A stretch of 64,000 nucleotides of DNA from an uncultured Actinomycetota bacterium. GTDB taxonomy: Bacteria; Actinomycetota; Actinomycetes; CAVWCF01. The notes beneath the pieces were generated by a model. The model made no database searches. It was not told the origin of the DNA and saw nothing but the letters and a program-made list of their open reading frames with translations. The DNA lies in NCBI GenBank assembly GCA_963753435.1, contig CAVWCF010000001.1:922711-986710 (forward strand), given 5' to 3'. The number at the start of each line of letters is the position of its first letter. Within the stretch, counting starts at the first letter, position 1. Of the stretch, positions 56,114 to 64,000 are shown piece by piece. The position numbers and the translations under genes are program-made.

Positions 56114-58186
56114 ATGGACCACCTCTCTCGGCGCCTGCTGCGCGGAGCCGGTGCGGCCATCACCGGCGCTGCGCTGCTGATCTCGGTCACGCCAGTGACG
56201 GCAACTGCCACAGCCGCCCCACTCGTACGGGACACAAGCGCAGCTGCCACGCCGAGGCCAACCCCAGCCATCCCCTTGATCGATGCCGACCCCGCCGCGG
56301 CGTTGCCGACAACGGCTGTGGGCGGCACCGCGGCCCTGCCCGAATCGCTGACCCAGCGCGCGGTGCGCGTCAGTGGTGCCGATCCGACGCGGGTGTCCGG
56401 TGCCGATAGGTACGAGACCGCAGTAGCGCTCAGCGAGCGGTACTTCCCGTCCGGAGCCGGAACCGTTGTCCTGGCGACGGGCACCGGGTTCGCCGACGCG
56501 CTGGCGGGAGCGCCGCTCGCCGCGTCCCTCGACGCACCCCTGCTGTTGACCCGACCGACCGGAGCGCCGGAGTCGGTCCGAGTCGAGATCGCCCGGCTCC
56601 AGCCAGCCAGGCTCGTCGCGGTTGGCGGGACCGCGGCGGTCAGCCAGGCCGATCTGACGTCCCTGGCGGCGCTTGCCGGCGGGGCGCAGACCGAGCGCGT
56701 GGCCGGCGCGGATCGGTACGGCACTGCGGCCGCAGTGGCCGCCGCCCTGGCCCCGGTGCAGTTCGCGGTGGTCGCCTCCGGGCTCAACTTCGCCGACGCA
56801 CTGTCCGCTGGGCCGCTGGCGGCCCGGCGGCAAGGCGCCGTGCTGCTTACCCCTCCCGACCGTTTGGGCGCGGCGGCGGCGGCCGCGATAGCCGGGTTGC
56901 CGGCGTCTTCGGTGCTGATCGCCGGCGGCACTGGCGCAGTGTCGACCGCCGTCGAATCCGACCTCGCCGCCCTCCTCGGCGGCCCGGCCAGCCGAATCGG
57001 GGGTATCGACCGCTACGACACATCTGCCCGCTTCGCGACGGAGGTCGCCAAGGACGGCGGTCGCGGCGGGTCGCTGTTGACGACCGGCGCGGACTACCCC
57101 GACGCGATGGTCGCCGCGGCCCACGGTTCACGCCTCGGGCAACCGGTCCTGCTCATGGGAGGCCCTTACCGCTTCGGCCACGACGCTGCCCTGGCCCGTA
57201 CCCGCGGGGTCGGTCCCTGGCTGCAGTTGACTTTGGATGCCCTCGCGGCAACCGACCGCGGCCTGCCGCTGAGACACACCGCTTACACCCAGGCCTATCG
57301 CGCCGACACGATTGGTCGCGCCTACGGCTGGGATCACGCCGAGGCCACCGATTCTCTGCAGCAGGTGCGGGCGACGGTCAAGCCGGACGGCGGCTATGGG
57401 CTCGACAACGGGTGGGACGCCTTCAGCGACGGGACCAAGAACCCCGCTGAGACGTCCTACCTGATCACGATCACCGATCACGTTGGCCGCGCCCTGCTTG
57501 ACGGCTTCCAGGCCGGCGCCGTCCCAGCCGAGGAAGTGGCAGCCCTGGTCGAACTCGTGCGCGACTGGCCAACGGTCACGGACCAGCCTGGATGCCTGGC
57601 GTACTCCAACAGCGAGTACGACCGGACTTCGTGCGTGCACAACGTCAACTCAAGCGCCATCTGGTTCATCGACGCGGCCGAGCGTGCAGGTGCCTGGAGC
57701 GGCCCGCCGGCGGATCTTTCCGACCTCCTGGCCGAAGAAACCGGCGCCTACCTGGGTAACGGGTGGTGGCCGTACCGGGACGACCAGACCAGCCGCCAGG
57801 ACGTGAACCACAACGCGGCTCAGATCGAGCACTTGCAGTTCACCGCGCCAGGCCTGGCCGCTGACGCGCTGGCGCTCATGCTCGACGACCCAGCAGTCCC
57901 CTACCACCCCGAAGTGACGATGCGCTCCGCCTACGACCCCTTGGGCTTCCTGCGCCTAGGTGAGCAGTCCTGTGCCGCGGCGAACTCCGCGTACGCGGAA
58001 TCGGCGACGTTGACGGAGACCGCCCCGTACGCGGTGGTCACCGCGCAACTGGCCCTGTGGGCCGCGCGGGTGGCCGAATGTCCTGCGCCGACCGCGACTG
58101 CGGCACTGCAGTCAGTGACACCTACCGGGCCATTGCCGCTGCCGCCGGTCGCCGGACCAGAGGCGCGCCCGGTTCCAACCCCCTGA
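56114..58186 (+). CDS. Secreted protein with three N-terminal CWB2 wall-binding repeats and an uncharacterised about 450-aa C-terminal domain
   Basis: Signal peptide. CWB2 repeats (GADRYETAVALS...GFADALAGAPLAASLDAPLLL; GADRYGTAAAVA...; GIDRYDTSARFA...). The C-terminal domain is rich in W/Y/D (GWDAFSDG...GNGWWPYRDD) with no family I can name. Confidence 0.7.
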   Translation: MDHLSRRLLRGAGAAITGAALLISVTPVTATATAAPLVRDTSAAATPRPTPAIPLIDADPAAALPTTAVGGTAALPESLTQRAVRVSGADPTRVSGADRYETAVALSERYFPSGAGTVVLATGTGFADALAGAPLAASLDAPLLLTRPTGAPESVRVEIARLQPARLVAVGGTAAVSQADLTSLAALAGGAQTERVAGADRYGTAAAVAAALAPVQFAVVASGLNFADALSAGPLAARRQGAVLLTPPDRLGAAAAAAIAGLPASSVLIAGGTGAVSTAVESDLAALLGGPASRIGGIDRYDTSARFATEVAKDGGRGGSLLTTGADYPDAMVAAAHGSRLGQPVLLMGGPYRFGHDAALARTRGVGPWLQLTLDALAATDRGLPLRHTAYTQAYRADTIGRAYGWDHAEATDSLQQVRATVKPDGGYGLDNGWDAFSDGTKNPAETSYLITITDHVGRALLDGFQAGAVPAEEVAALVELVRDWPTVTDQPGCLAYSNSEYDRTSCVHNVNSSAIWFIDAAERAGAWSGPPADLSDLLAEETGAYLGNGWWPYRDDQTSRQDVNHNAAQIEHLQFTAPGLAADALALMLDDPAVPYHPEVTMRSAYDPLGFLRLGEQSCAAANSAYAESATLTETAPYAVVTAQLALWAARVAECPAPTATAALQSVTPTGPLPLPPVAGPEARPVPTP

Positions 58187-58210
58187 AAGCACCTGGCGCG
58201 CGAGTGCTGA

Positions 58211-59371
58211 CTAGCGGTTCAGGAGTTGCCGCGCCATCACGATGCGCTGAACTTGATTGGTGCCCTCGTAGATCTGCGTGATCTTGGCGTCCCGCATGAA
58301 GCGCTCCACCGGGTAGTCCTTGACGTACCCGTAACCGCCGAGCAGTTGCACCGCGTCCGTGGTGATCTCCATCGCCACGTCGGAGGCGAAGCATTTGGCT
58401 GCGGCGCCGAAGTAGGTCAAATCGGCGTCCCCGCGCTCGGACTTGGCGGCGGCCGCGTAGGTGAGTTGCCGGGCCGCCTCCAACTTCATGCCCATGTCCG
58501 CGAGCATGAACTGCAGCCCCTGGAACTCCGCGATCGCCTTGCCGAACTGCTTGCGCTCCTTGACGTAACCGAGGGCGTAGTCCAGGGCACCCTGCGCGAT
58601 GCCCAGCGCTTGGGCGGCGATGGTGATTCGGGTGTGGTCCAGGGTTCGCATCGCGGTGGTGAATCCGGTGCCGACTTCACCGATGATCCGGTCGCCGGGC
58701 AGCCGCACGTCGTCGAAGAACAGTTCGCGGGTGGGAGAGCCCTTGATCCCCAACTTCTTCTCCGGCGCACCGAAGGTGAAGCCGGCGTCGCCCTTCTCGA
58801 CAACGAAGGCGGAGATCCCACCGCGGGTGCCCTTGTCGACATCGGTCACGGCCAGAACCGTGTAGTACTCCGAGACACCGGCGTTGGTGATCCAGCGCTT
58901 GACCCCGTTGAGAATCCAGCCGTCGCCATCGGCCACCGCCCGCGTCCGCATCCCACCGGCGTCGCTGCCGGCCTCCGGCTCGCTCAACGCGTACGAGAAC
59001 ATGCCTTCACCGCGCGCCACCGGCGGCAGGTAGCGCTGCTGCAACTCCTCTGAACCGGCCAACAGCACCGGCAGGCTGCCCAACTTGTTCACCGCCGGGA
59101 TCAGCGAGACCGCAGCCGAGGCCCGCGCCAGTTCCTCGATCACCAGAACGGCCGCCAAGGCGTCGCCGCCCATTCCCTCGAACCGCTCCGGCACATGAAT
59201 GGCATGCAGATCTGCGGCCACCAGCGCGTCGTAAACGTCAGCGGGGAACTCGTCGGTTTCGTCGATCTCGGCGGCCCGCGGCTGGATCTTGTCCTCGACC
59301 AGTGCGCGCACGGTGTCACGCAGCATCTGGTGCTCTTCGGTGAGGGTGAAGTGTTCGAATGTCACGGCCAA
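58211..59371 (-). CDS. Acyl-CoA dehydrogenase
   Basis: ACAD motifs (YALSEPEAGSD; GGYGYVKDYPVERFMRDAKITQIYEGTNQVQR). 386 aa. FadE25-like position next to purE. Confidence 0.9.
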   Translation of the reverse strand: MAVTFEHFTLTEEHQMLRDTVRALVEDKIQPRAAEIDETDEFPADVYDALVAADLHAIHVPERFEGMGGDALAAVLVIEELARASAAVSLIPAVNKLGSLPVLLAGSEELQQRYLPPVARGEGMFSYALSEPEAGSDAGGMRTRAVADGDGWILNGVKRWITNAGVSEYYTVLAVTDVDKGTRGGISAFVVEKGDAGFTFGAPEKKLGIKGSPTRELFFDDVRLPGDRIIGEVGTGFTTAMRTLDHTRITIAAQALGIAQGALDYALGYVKERKQFGKAIAEFQGLQFMLADMGMKLEAARQLTYAAAAKSERGDADLTYFGAAAKCFASDVAMEITTDAVQLLGGYGYVKDYPVERFMRDAKITQIYEGTNQVQRIVMARQLLNR

Positions 59372-59426
59372 GAGGCTACCTGCGGCCTGCGAAGCAGCCG
59401 CATTCGCGTGTCCTACGATCCGGCGG

Positions 59427-60737
59427 GTGCGGATATCGGTGCTGGGAACGGGCTACCTCGGCGCGACCCACGCCGCTGGCATGGCGGAACTGGGCCATGA
59501 CGTCCTCGGCGTCGACGTCGACGCGGCGAAGATCGCTGCGCTGTCCGAAGGGCGCGCCCCGTTCCACGAGCCCGGTCTGAACGAACTCCTCGCCACCCAT
59601 GTGGCCAGTGGCCGGCTCCGGTTTTCCACCTCGCTGGCCGAAGCCGCAGAGTTCGCCGACCTGCACTTCCTTTGCGTGGGCACCCCGCAACGGGCCGACT
59701 CCGAGGCCGCCGACCTGACCGCTGTTGATCAGGTGGTCGCCTCGCTGGCTGAACATCTGCAACGACCTACGTTCGTCATCGGCAAGTCCACTGTGCCCGT
59801 CGGCACCGCCGACCACCTGGCGTCCGTCCTCGCCAGCGCGACGGCCGGCGTCGAAGTCGCGTGGAATCCGGAGTTCCTCCGCGAAGGGTTCGCCGTCCAG
59901 GACACGCTGAAGCCGGACCGGCTCGTGTTCGGAGTGGAGTCGGCGGCGGCCGAGTCCGCTCTCCGCGAGGTCTACGCGCCACTGCTGGCTGCCGGGGTTC
60001 CGCTGGTCGTCGCCGACCGACGCACCGCCGAACTGGTGAAGGTGGCTGCGAACGCGTTCCTGGCGACCAAGATCTCGTTCATCAACGCGATGGCGGAGGT
60101 GTGCGAGAGCGCGGGGGCTGACGTCACCGTTCTCGCCGAGGCGCTGTCCCACGATGCCCGCATCGGGGGCCGGTTCCTGCGCCCGGGTCTGGGCTTCGGC
60201 GGCGGCTGCCTACCCAAGGACATCCGCGCCTTCCGGGCCCGTGCCGCTGAGCTTGGGGTCGCCGAGGCCGTGGGCTTCCTCGGCGAAGTCGATGGCATCA
60301 ACCAGCGACGACGGCAGCGCATGGTGGATCTGGCGGTGGAGGCGCTGGACGGCCACGTTGCCGGTAGACGAATCGGCGTCCTGGGGGCGGCCTTCAAACC
60401 GAACTCAGACGACATCAGGGACTCACCGGCCCTCGATGTGGCCACCCGGCTCACGGATATGGGGGCGGCGGTATCCGTTTACGACCCGGCCGCCATCCCA
60501 AACGCGCGGCTGAAGTACCCGCACCTGACCTACGCCGAGTCGCTCTCGGCCGCCGTGGCTGAAGCCGATCTGGTGCTGCTGCTAACGGAGTGGGCGGAGT
60601 TCACCGAGATGGACCCGACCAAGGTTGCCGGGCTGGTGCATCAGCCCCACATTCTCGACGGACGCAACGCGCTGGACCCCGAGCAATGGCGGGCCGCCGG
60701 GTGGACGTACCGCGCCCTGGGGCGCCCGCACCAGTAG
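59427..60737 (+). CDS. ugd: UDP-glucose 6-dehydrogenase
   Basis: GTG start VRISVLGTGYLG (GxGYxG). Catalytic GFGGGCLPKD. C-terminal UDP-binding domain. Confidence 0.85.
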   Translation: MRISVLGTGYLGATHAAGMAELGHDVLGVDVDAAKIAALSEGRAPFHEPGLNELLATHVASGRLRFSTSLAEAAEFADLHFLCVGTPQRADSEAADLTAVDQVVASLAEHLQRPTFVIGKSTVPVGTADHLASVLASATAGVEVAWNPEFLREGFAVQDTLKPDRLVFGVESAAAESALREVYAPLLAAGVPLVVADRRTAELVKVAANAFLATKISFINAMAEVCESAGADVTVLAEALSHDARIGGRFLRPGLGFGGGCLPKDIRAFRARAAELGVAEAVGFLGEVDGINQRRRQRMVDLAVEALDGHVAGRRIGVLGAAFKPNSDDIRDSPALDVATRLTDMGAAVSVYDPAAIPNARLKYPHLTYAESLSAAVAEADLVLLLTEWAEFTEMDPTKVAGLVHQPHILDGRNALDPEQWRAAGWTYRALGRPHQ

Positions 60738-60788
60738 CAGCCGCCGCGCCAATCCCGGGCCGCTGCCAGCCCGGGCCGTGCCTGCGGG

Positions 60789-61307
60789 CTAGGCGCCGAA
60801 TCCGGTGGGACCGCGACGGGAGGCCCGCAGCGACTCCCCCTTTGCCTCCGCCGTTGCCTGCAACTCCCCTTGGAAGGCATCCAGCCGCCCCCGGAGAGCG
60901 TCGTCGGTCACCCCGAGGATTCGCGCCGCCAACAACCCCCCGTTGCGGGCGTTTCCGACGCCGACGGTGGCCACCGGGACGCCGGCCGGCATCTGCACGA
61001 TCGACAGGAGCGAGTCCATGCCGTCGAGGTACTGCAGCGGCACGGGAACCCCAACTACCGGCAATGAAGTGACGCTGGCCAGCATCCCCGGCAGATGCGC
61101 TGCGCCACCGGCCCCGGCAACGATCACGCGCAGGCCCCGGCCAGCCGCCTCCTGCCCGTAGCGCAACATGGCCTGGGGCATGCGGTGCGCGGAAACGACG
61201 TCCACCTCGTGGGCCACGCCGAGCTCAGCCAGCACCTCGGCGGCCGCGGACATGACCGGCCAGTCGGAGTCGGAACCCATCACGATTCCGACCAACGGTT
61301 CACTCAT
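60789..61307 (-). CDS. purE: 5-(carboxyamino)imidazole ribonucleotide mutase
   Basis: [14 protein letters not shown] ... [10 protein letters not shown], the PurE signature. Overlaps purK by 8 nt. Confidence 0.9.
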   Translation of the reverse strand: MSEPLVGIVMGSDSDWPVMSAAAEVLAELGVAHEVDVVSAHRMPQAMLRYGQEAAGRGLRVIVAGAGGAAHLPGMLASVTSLPVVGVPVPLQYLDGMDSLLSIVQMPAGVPVATVGVGNARNGGLLAARILGVTDDALRGRLDAFQGELQATAEAKGESLRASRRGPTGFGA

Positions 61308-62430
61308 CAGCTTCTCCTGCCAGTCGCTGCGCCGCGTGCCTGGCGCGAGCCAGGCACTCGCGCTCATCGTGCCCGACAACCGTGACGTGTCCCACCTTGC
61401 GCCCCGGCCGCACCTCCTTGCCGTACCAGTGCACCTTGACGCCAGGGTCGTGCGCGAACAGGTGCGGGTATTGACCGAACACGTCGCCGGCGCCCCCGAG
61501 TACGTTCACCATCACCGCGACCGGCGAGCGCGCGCTGGGTGCCCCCAGCGGCCAATCGAGGACGGCGCGCAGATGCTGTTCGAACTGGCTGGTGACCGCC
61601 CCGTCGATGCTCCAATGTCCGGAGTTGTGCGGACGCATCGCCAACTCGTTGACCAAGACCCCGTCATCGGTCTCGAACATCTCGACCGCCAGTACGCCGA
61701 TCACTCCCAGGGATTCAGCGACGTTGAGCGCGACTCGCTGCGCGGCGACCGCATGCCCCGGAGCGATGTTCGCGGGAGCAACAACCTCGGTGCAGATGCC
61801 GTTGGTCTGCACCGTCTCGACAACCGGGTAGGCGACGGCCTGCCCGGACGGAGTGCGCGCCACCATCGCGGCAAGCTCGCGGCGAAATGGCACCCGCTCC
61901 TCGACCAACAGTGGTCCGGTCCAGCCCGCGAGGCACTCAGCCGCATCTTCCTCGCCTTCGACGACCCGCACCCCCTTGCCGTCGTAACCACCTCGCGGCG
62001 TCTTGAGCACCACCGGCCAGCGGTTGTCGGCGAAGTCGGCAACGTCCGCCACCGAATCGACCTGGGCCCAATCGGGCACCGGAATGCCGGCCGCGGATAG
62101 GGCCCGACGCATCAACAGTTTGTCCTGGGCGTGCTCCAGCGCGTCGGGTCCGGGCCGCACCTGCACCCCCTCGGCAACCAGAGCCCGTAGGTGCGTGGTC
62201 GGCACGTGCTCATGATCGAACGTGATCACGTCACAGCCGCGGGCGAAGTCCCGCAGCACGTCCAGGTCATGGTGCGTGCCGACGACGGTGTCGGGGATGG
62301 CTGCGGCGGCGCAGTCCGACGGCGATTCGGCGAGCAGTCGCAGCCGGACACCGAGGGCGATCGCGGCCGGCTGCATCATCCGCGCCAATTGGCCGCCGCC
62401 GATCACGCCGACGACCGGTGCCTGACTCAC
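61300..62430 (-). CDS. purK: 5-(carboxyamino)imidazole ribonucleotide synthase (N5-CAIR synthetase)
   Basis: ATP-grasp. [13 protein letters not shown] start. [12 protein letters not shown]. 376 aa. Confidence 0.9.
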   Translation of the reverse strand: MSQAPVVGVIGGGQLARMMQPAAIALGVRLRLLAESPSDCAAAAIPDTVVGTHHDLDVLRDFARGCDVITFDHEHVPTTHLRALVAEGVQVRPGPDALEHAQDKLLMRRALSAAGIPVPDWAQVDSVADVADFADNRWPVVLKTPRGGYDGKGVRVVEGEEDAAECLAGWTGPLLVEERVPFRRELAAMVARTPSGQAVAYPVVETVQTNGICTEVVAPANIAPGHAVAAQRVALNVAESLGVIGVLAVEMFETDDGVLVNELAMRPHNSGHWSIDGAVTSQFEQHLRAVLDWPLGAPSARSPVAVMVNVLGGAGDVFGQYPHLFAHDPGVKVHWYGKEVRPGRKVGHVTVVGHDERECLARARHAAQRLAGEADE

Positions 62431-62450
62431 GCGCGGAGGCTACCGGCCGC

Positions 62451-63599
62451 CTACAGGCCGAGTTCGCGGGCGATCAGCAGCCGCTGCACCTCGTTGGTTC
62501 CCTCGCCGATCTCCAGGATCTTGGCGTCGCGGTAGAACCGCCCGACCACCGACTCGTTGGTGAAGCCGTAGCCCCCGTGGACTTGCGTGGCGGCCCGCGC
62601 GTTGAGCATCGCGGCATCGGACGAATGCAGTTTGGCGATGGCCGCGGCCGTCTTGAAGTCCAGTCCCGCCGCCTGTCGTGCCGCCGCCTCCCGCCACGCC
62701 AGGCGTGAGGTGTGCGCTCGCGCAGCCATGTCCGCGATGGCGAACGACACGGCTTGGTACTGGCTGATCGGTGAGCCGAACGCCTGGCGTTGCTTCGCGT
62801 AGGACACCGACTGATCCACGCAGCCCTGAGCCAGACCCGTCGCCAACGCAGCGATCGCTATGCGGCCCTCGTCGAGGATCTCCAGGAACTGCGCATACCC
62901 GCGCCCGCGCTGACCGATGAGGTTGTCTGCAGGCACTCGGACGTCGTCCAGGTACACCGGGTGCGTGTCCGATGCCGCCCAGCCGACCTTGGAGTACGAC
63001 GGGCCGATCTGCAGACCCGGTGTCCCGGTCGGCACCAGAATCGTCGACAACTCCGGCCGCGACGAGGCCGACTGTCCCGTGACGGCCATCACCGTGACGA
63101 AGCGCGTCAGGTCTGTTCCGGAGTTGGTGATGAAGGCTTTGCTGCCGTTGATCTCCCAGGTGTCGCCGTCCAGCCGCGCCCGGGTGCGGATTGCGGCTGC
63201 GTCCGATCCCGCATCCGGCTCGGTCAGCCCGAAGGCGGCCAGCCCACGACCGGCCGCCAACTCGGGCAGCCAGCGCTCCTTCTGCTCGGTGGTCCCGAAC
63301 CGGATGATCGGGCCGCAACCCAGCGACACGGCAGCTTCCACCGTGATTGCCAACGACGAATCTGCGCGGGCAAGTTCTTCCAGGACCAGGCACACGGCCA
63401 TCAGGTCGCTGCCGGATCCGCCGTATTCCTGCGGCACTGTCAGCCCGAACGCCCCGATCTCCCCGAGTCGCTGGACCAGCGGGTAGGGAAACTCGGCCCG
63501 CTCGTAGTACCCACCGATCATCGGTTCGACCTCGTCGCGCACGAACGACCGGACCACGTCGACCAACGCCTGCTGCTCCGGAGCCAGTTCCGGCTGCAT
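62451..63599 (-). CDS. Acyl-CoA dehydrogenase
   Basis: ACAD motifs (GLTEPDAGSD; GGYGFTNESVVGRFYRDAKILEIGEGTNEVQR). 382 aa. Confidence 0.9.
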   Translation of the reverse strand: MQPELAPEQQALVDVVRSFVRDEVEPMIGGYYERAEFPYPLVQRLGEIGAFGLTVPQEYGGSGSDLMAVCLVLEELARADSSLAITVEAAVSLGCGPIIRFGTTEQKERWLPELAAGRGLAAFGLTEPDAGSDAAAIRTRARLDGDTWEINGSKAFITNSGTDLTRFVTVMAVTGQSASSRPELSTILVPTGTPGLQIGPSYSKVGWAASDTHPVYLDDVRVPADNLIGQRGRGYAQFLEILDEGRIAIAALATGLAQGCVDQSVSYAKQRQAFGSPISQYQAVSFAIADMAARAHTSRLAWREAAARQAAGLDFKTAAAIAKLHSSDAAMLNARAATQVHGGYGFTNESVVGRFYRDAKILEIGEGTNEVQRLLIARELGL

Positions 63600-63653
63600 G
63601 GGCCACCTCCAAACAGGGGCAGGACCGCGCCGTACAACGACTACCGTAGGCGG

Positions 63654-64000
63654 ATGAGCGCGTCCCGTCCGGCCGTCGAATCGGACTCCGCGACGTCGCG
63701 GAACCGGCTCGTTGAGCGGCTAGCCGGCCTGTTCCACGAAGTTGCCAAGTTCGGCGCGGTCGGACTGATGGCGATGGTGGTCGACATCGGCCTCTTCAAC
63801 TTGCTCCGCTTCGGAGCCTGGGCCCCACTCGCCGACAAGCCCCTGACCGCCAAGGTGATCTCGGTCGTCGCGGCGACGTTGGTCGCCTACCTGGGCAACC
63901 GCTACTGGACCTACCGGGACCGACCCCGCCGCGGATTCGCCCGCGAGTACACGCTGTTCATCGTCCTGAACGCGATCGGGCTGGGGATCGCGCTTTCGTG
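63654..64000 (+). CDS. GtrA-family membrane protein (partial, runs off the window end)
   Basis: ATG at 63654. LFHEVAKFGAVGLMAMVVDIGLFNLL ... YLGNRYWTY is the GtrA-like pattern. No stop before 64000. Confidence 0.6.
   Translation, partial: MSASRPAVESDSATSRNRLVERLAGLFHEVAKFGAVGLMAMVVDIGLFNLLRFGAWAPLADKPLTAKVISVVAATLVAYLGNRYWTYRDRPRRGFAREYTLFIVLNAIGLGIALS

Overview
This is a very GC-rich (roughly 70%+ by eye) chromosomal segment from an actinobacterium. Nearly all coding capacity is used, operons are tightly packed with many 4-nt ATGA/GTGA start-stop overlaps, and I found no rRNA, tRNA, CRISPR array, transposase or integrase. The outer parts of the window follow a conserved actinobacterial backbone that is recognisable from Mycobacterium tuberculosis Rv3241c-Rv3276c. 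In order: hpf, a comF-like gene, lpqB, mtrB and mtrA, ahcY, manA, a Trm112-like gene, a phosphomannomutase, a DUF3499-like gene, a WhiB-family gene, fbiC divergent from fbiA-fbiB, an AlkA-like glycosylase, a GDP-mannose pyrophosphorylase, then an LCP ligase, an acyl-CoA dehydrogenase, purE-purK and a second acyl-CoA dehydrogenase. Lodged in this backbone is a large accessory locus of about 26 kb (about 28.0-53.8 kb). It looks like a complete system for an anionic secondary cell-wall glycopolymer of the teichuronic-acid type. It encodes the full five-step WbpA/B/E/D/I-type pathway to UDP-2,3-diacetamido-2,3-dideoxy-mannuronic acid, about eight GT4/GT2 glycosyltransferases (including paralogous pairs and unusual tandem-GT-B fusions), an acyltransferase-3 O-acylase, and a TagGH/Wzm-Wzt-type ABC exporter. 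It sits next to an LCP ligase and next to an operon of three secreted peptidoglycan hydrolases (amidase_2, SpoIID/LytB, LAS/M15-like), each anchored by three CWB2 wall-binding repeats. A fourth CWB2 protein has an unassigned catalytic-looking domain. Smaller observations: an OmpR/MtrA-box-like direct repeat in the divergent promoter in front of the LCP gene; an in-frame 15-bp tandem repeat inside the comF-like gene; an 11-bp tandem duplication of the Shine-Dalgarno sequence plus ATG of the amidase gene; and a DUF5719 plus GT2-membrane gene pair inserted beside whiB relative to the M. tuberculosis order. All functional calls are from reading motifs in the supplied translations. No database search was possible.
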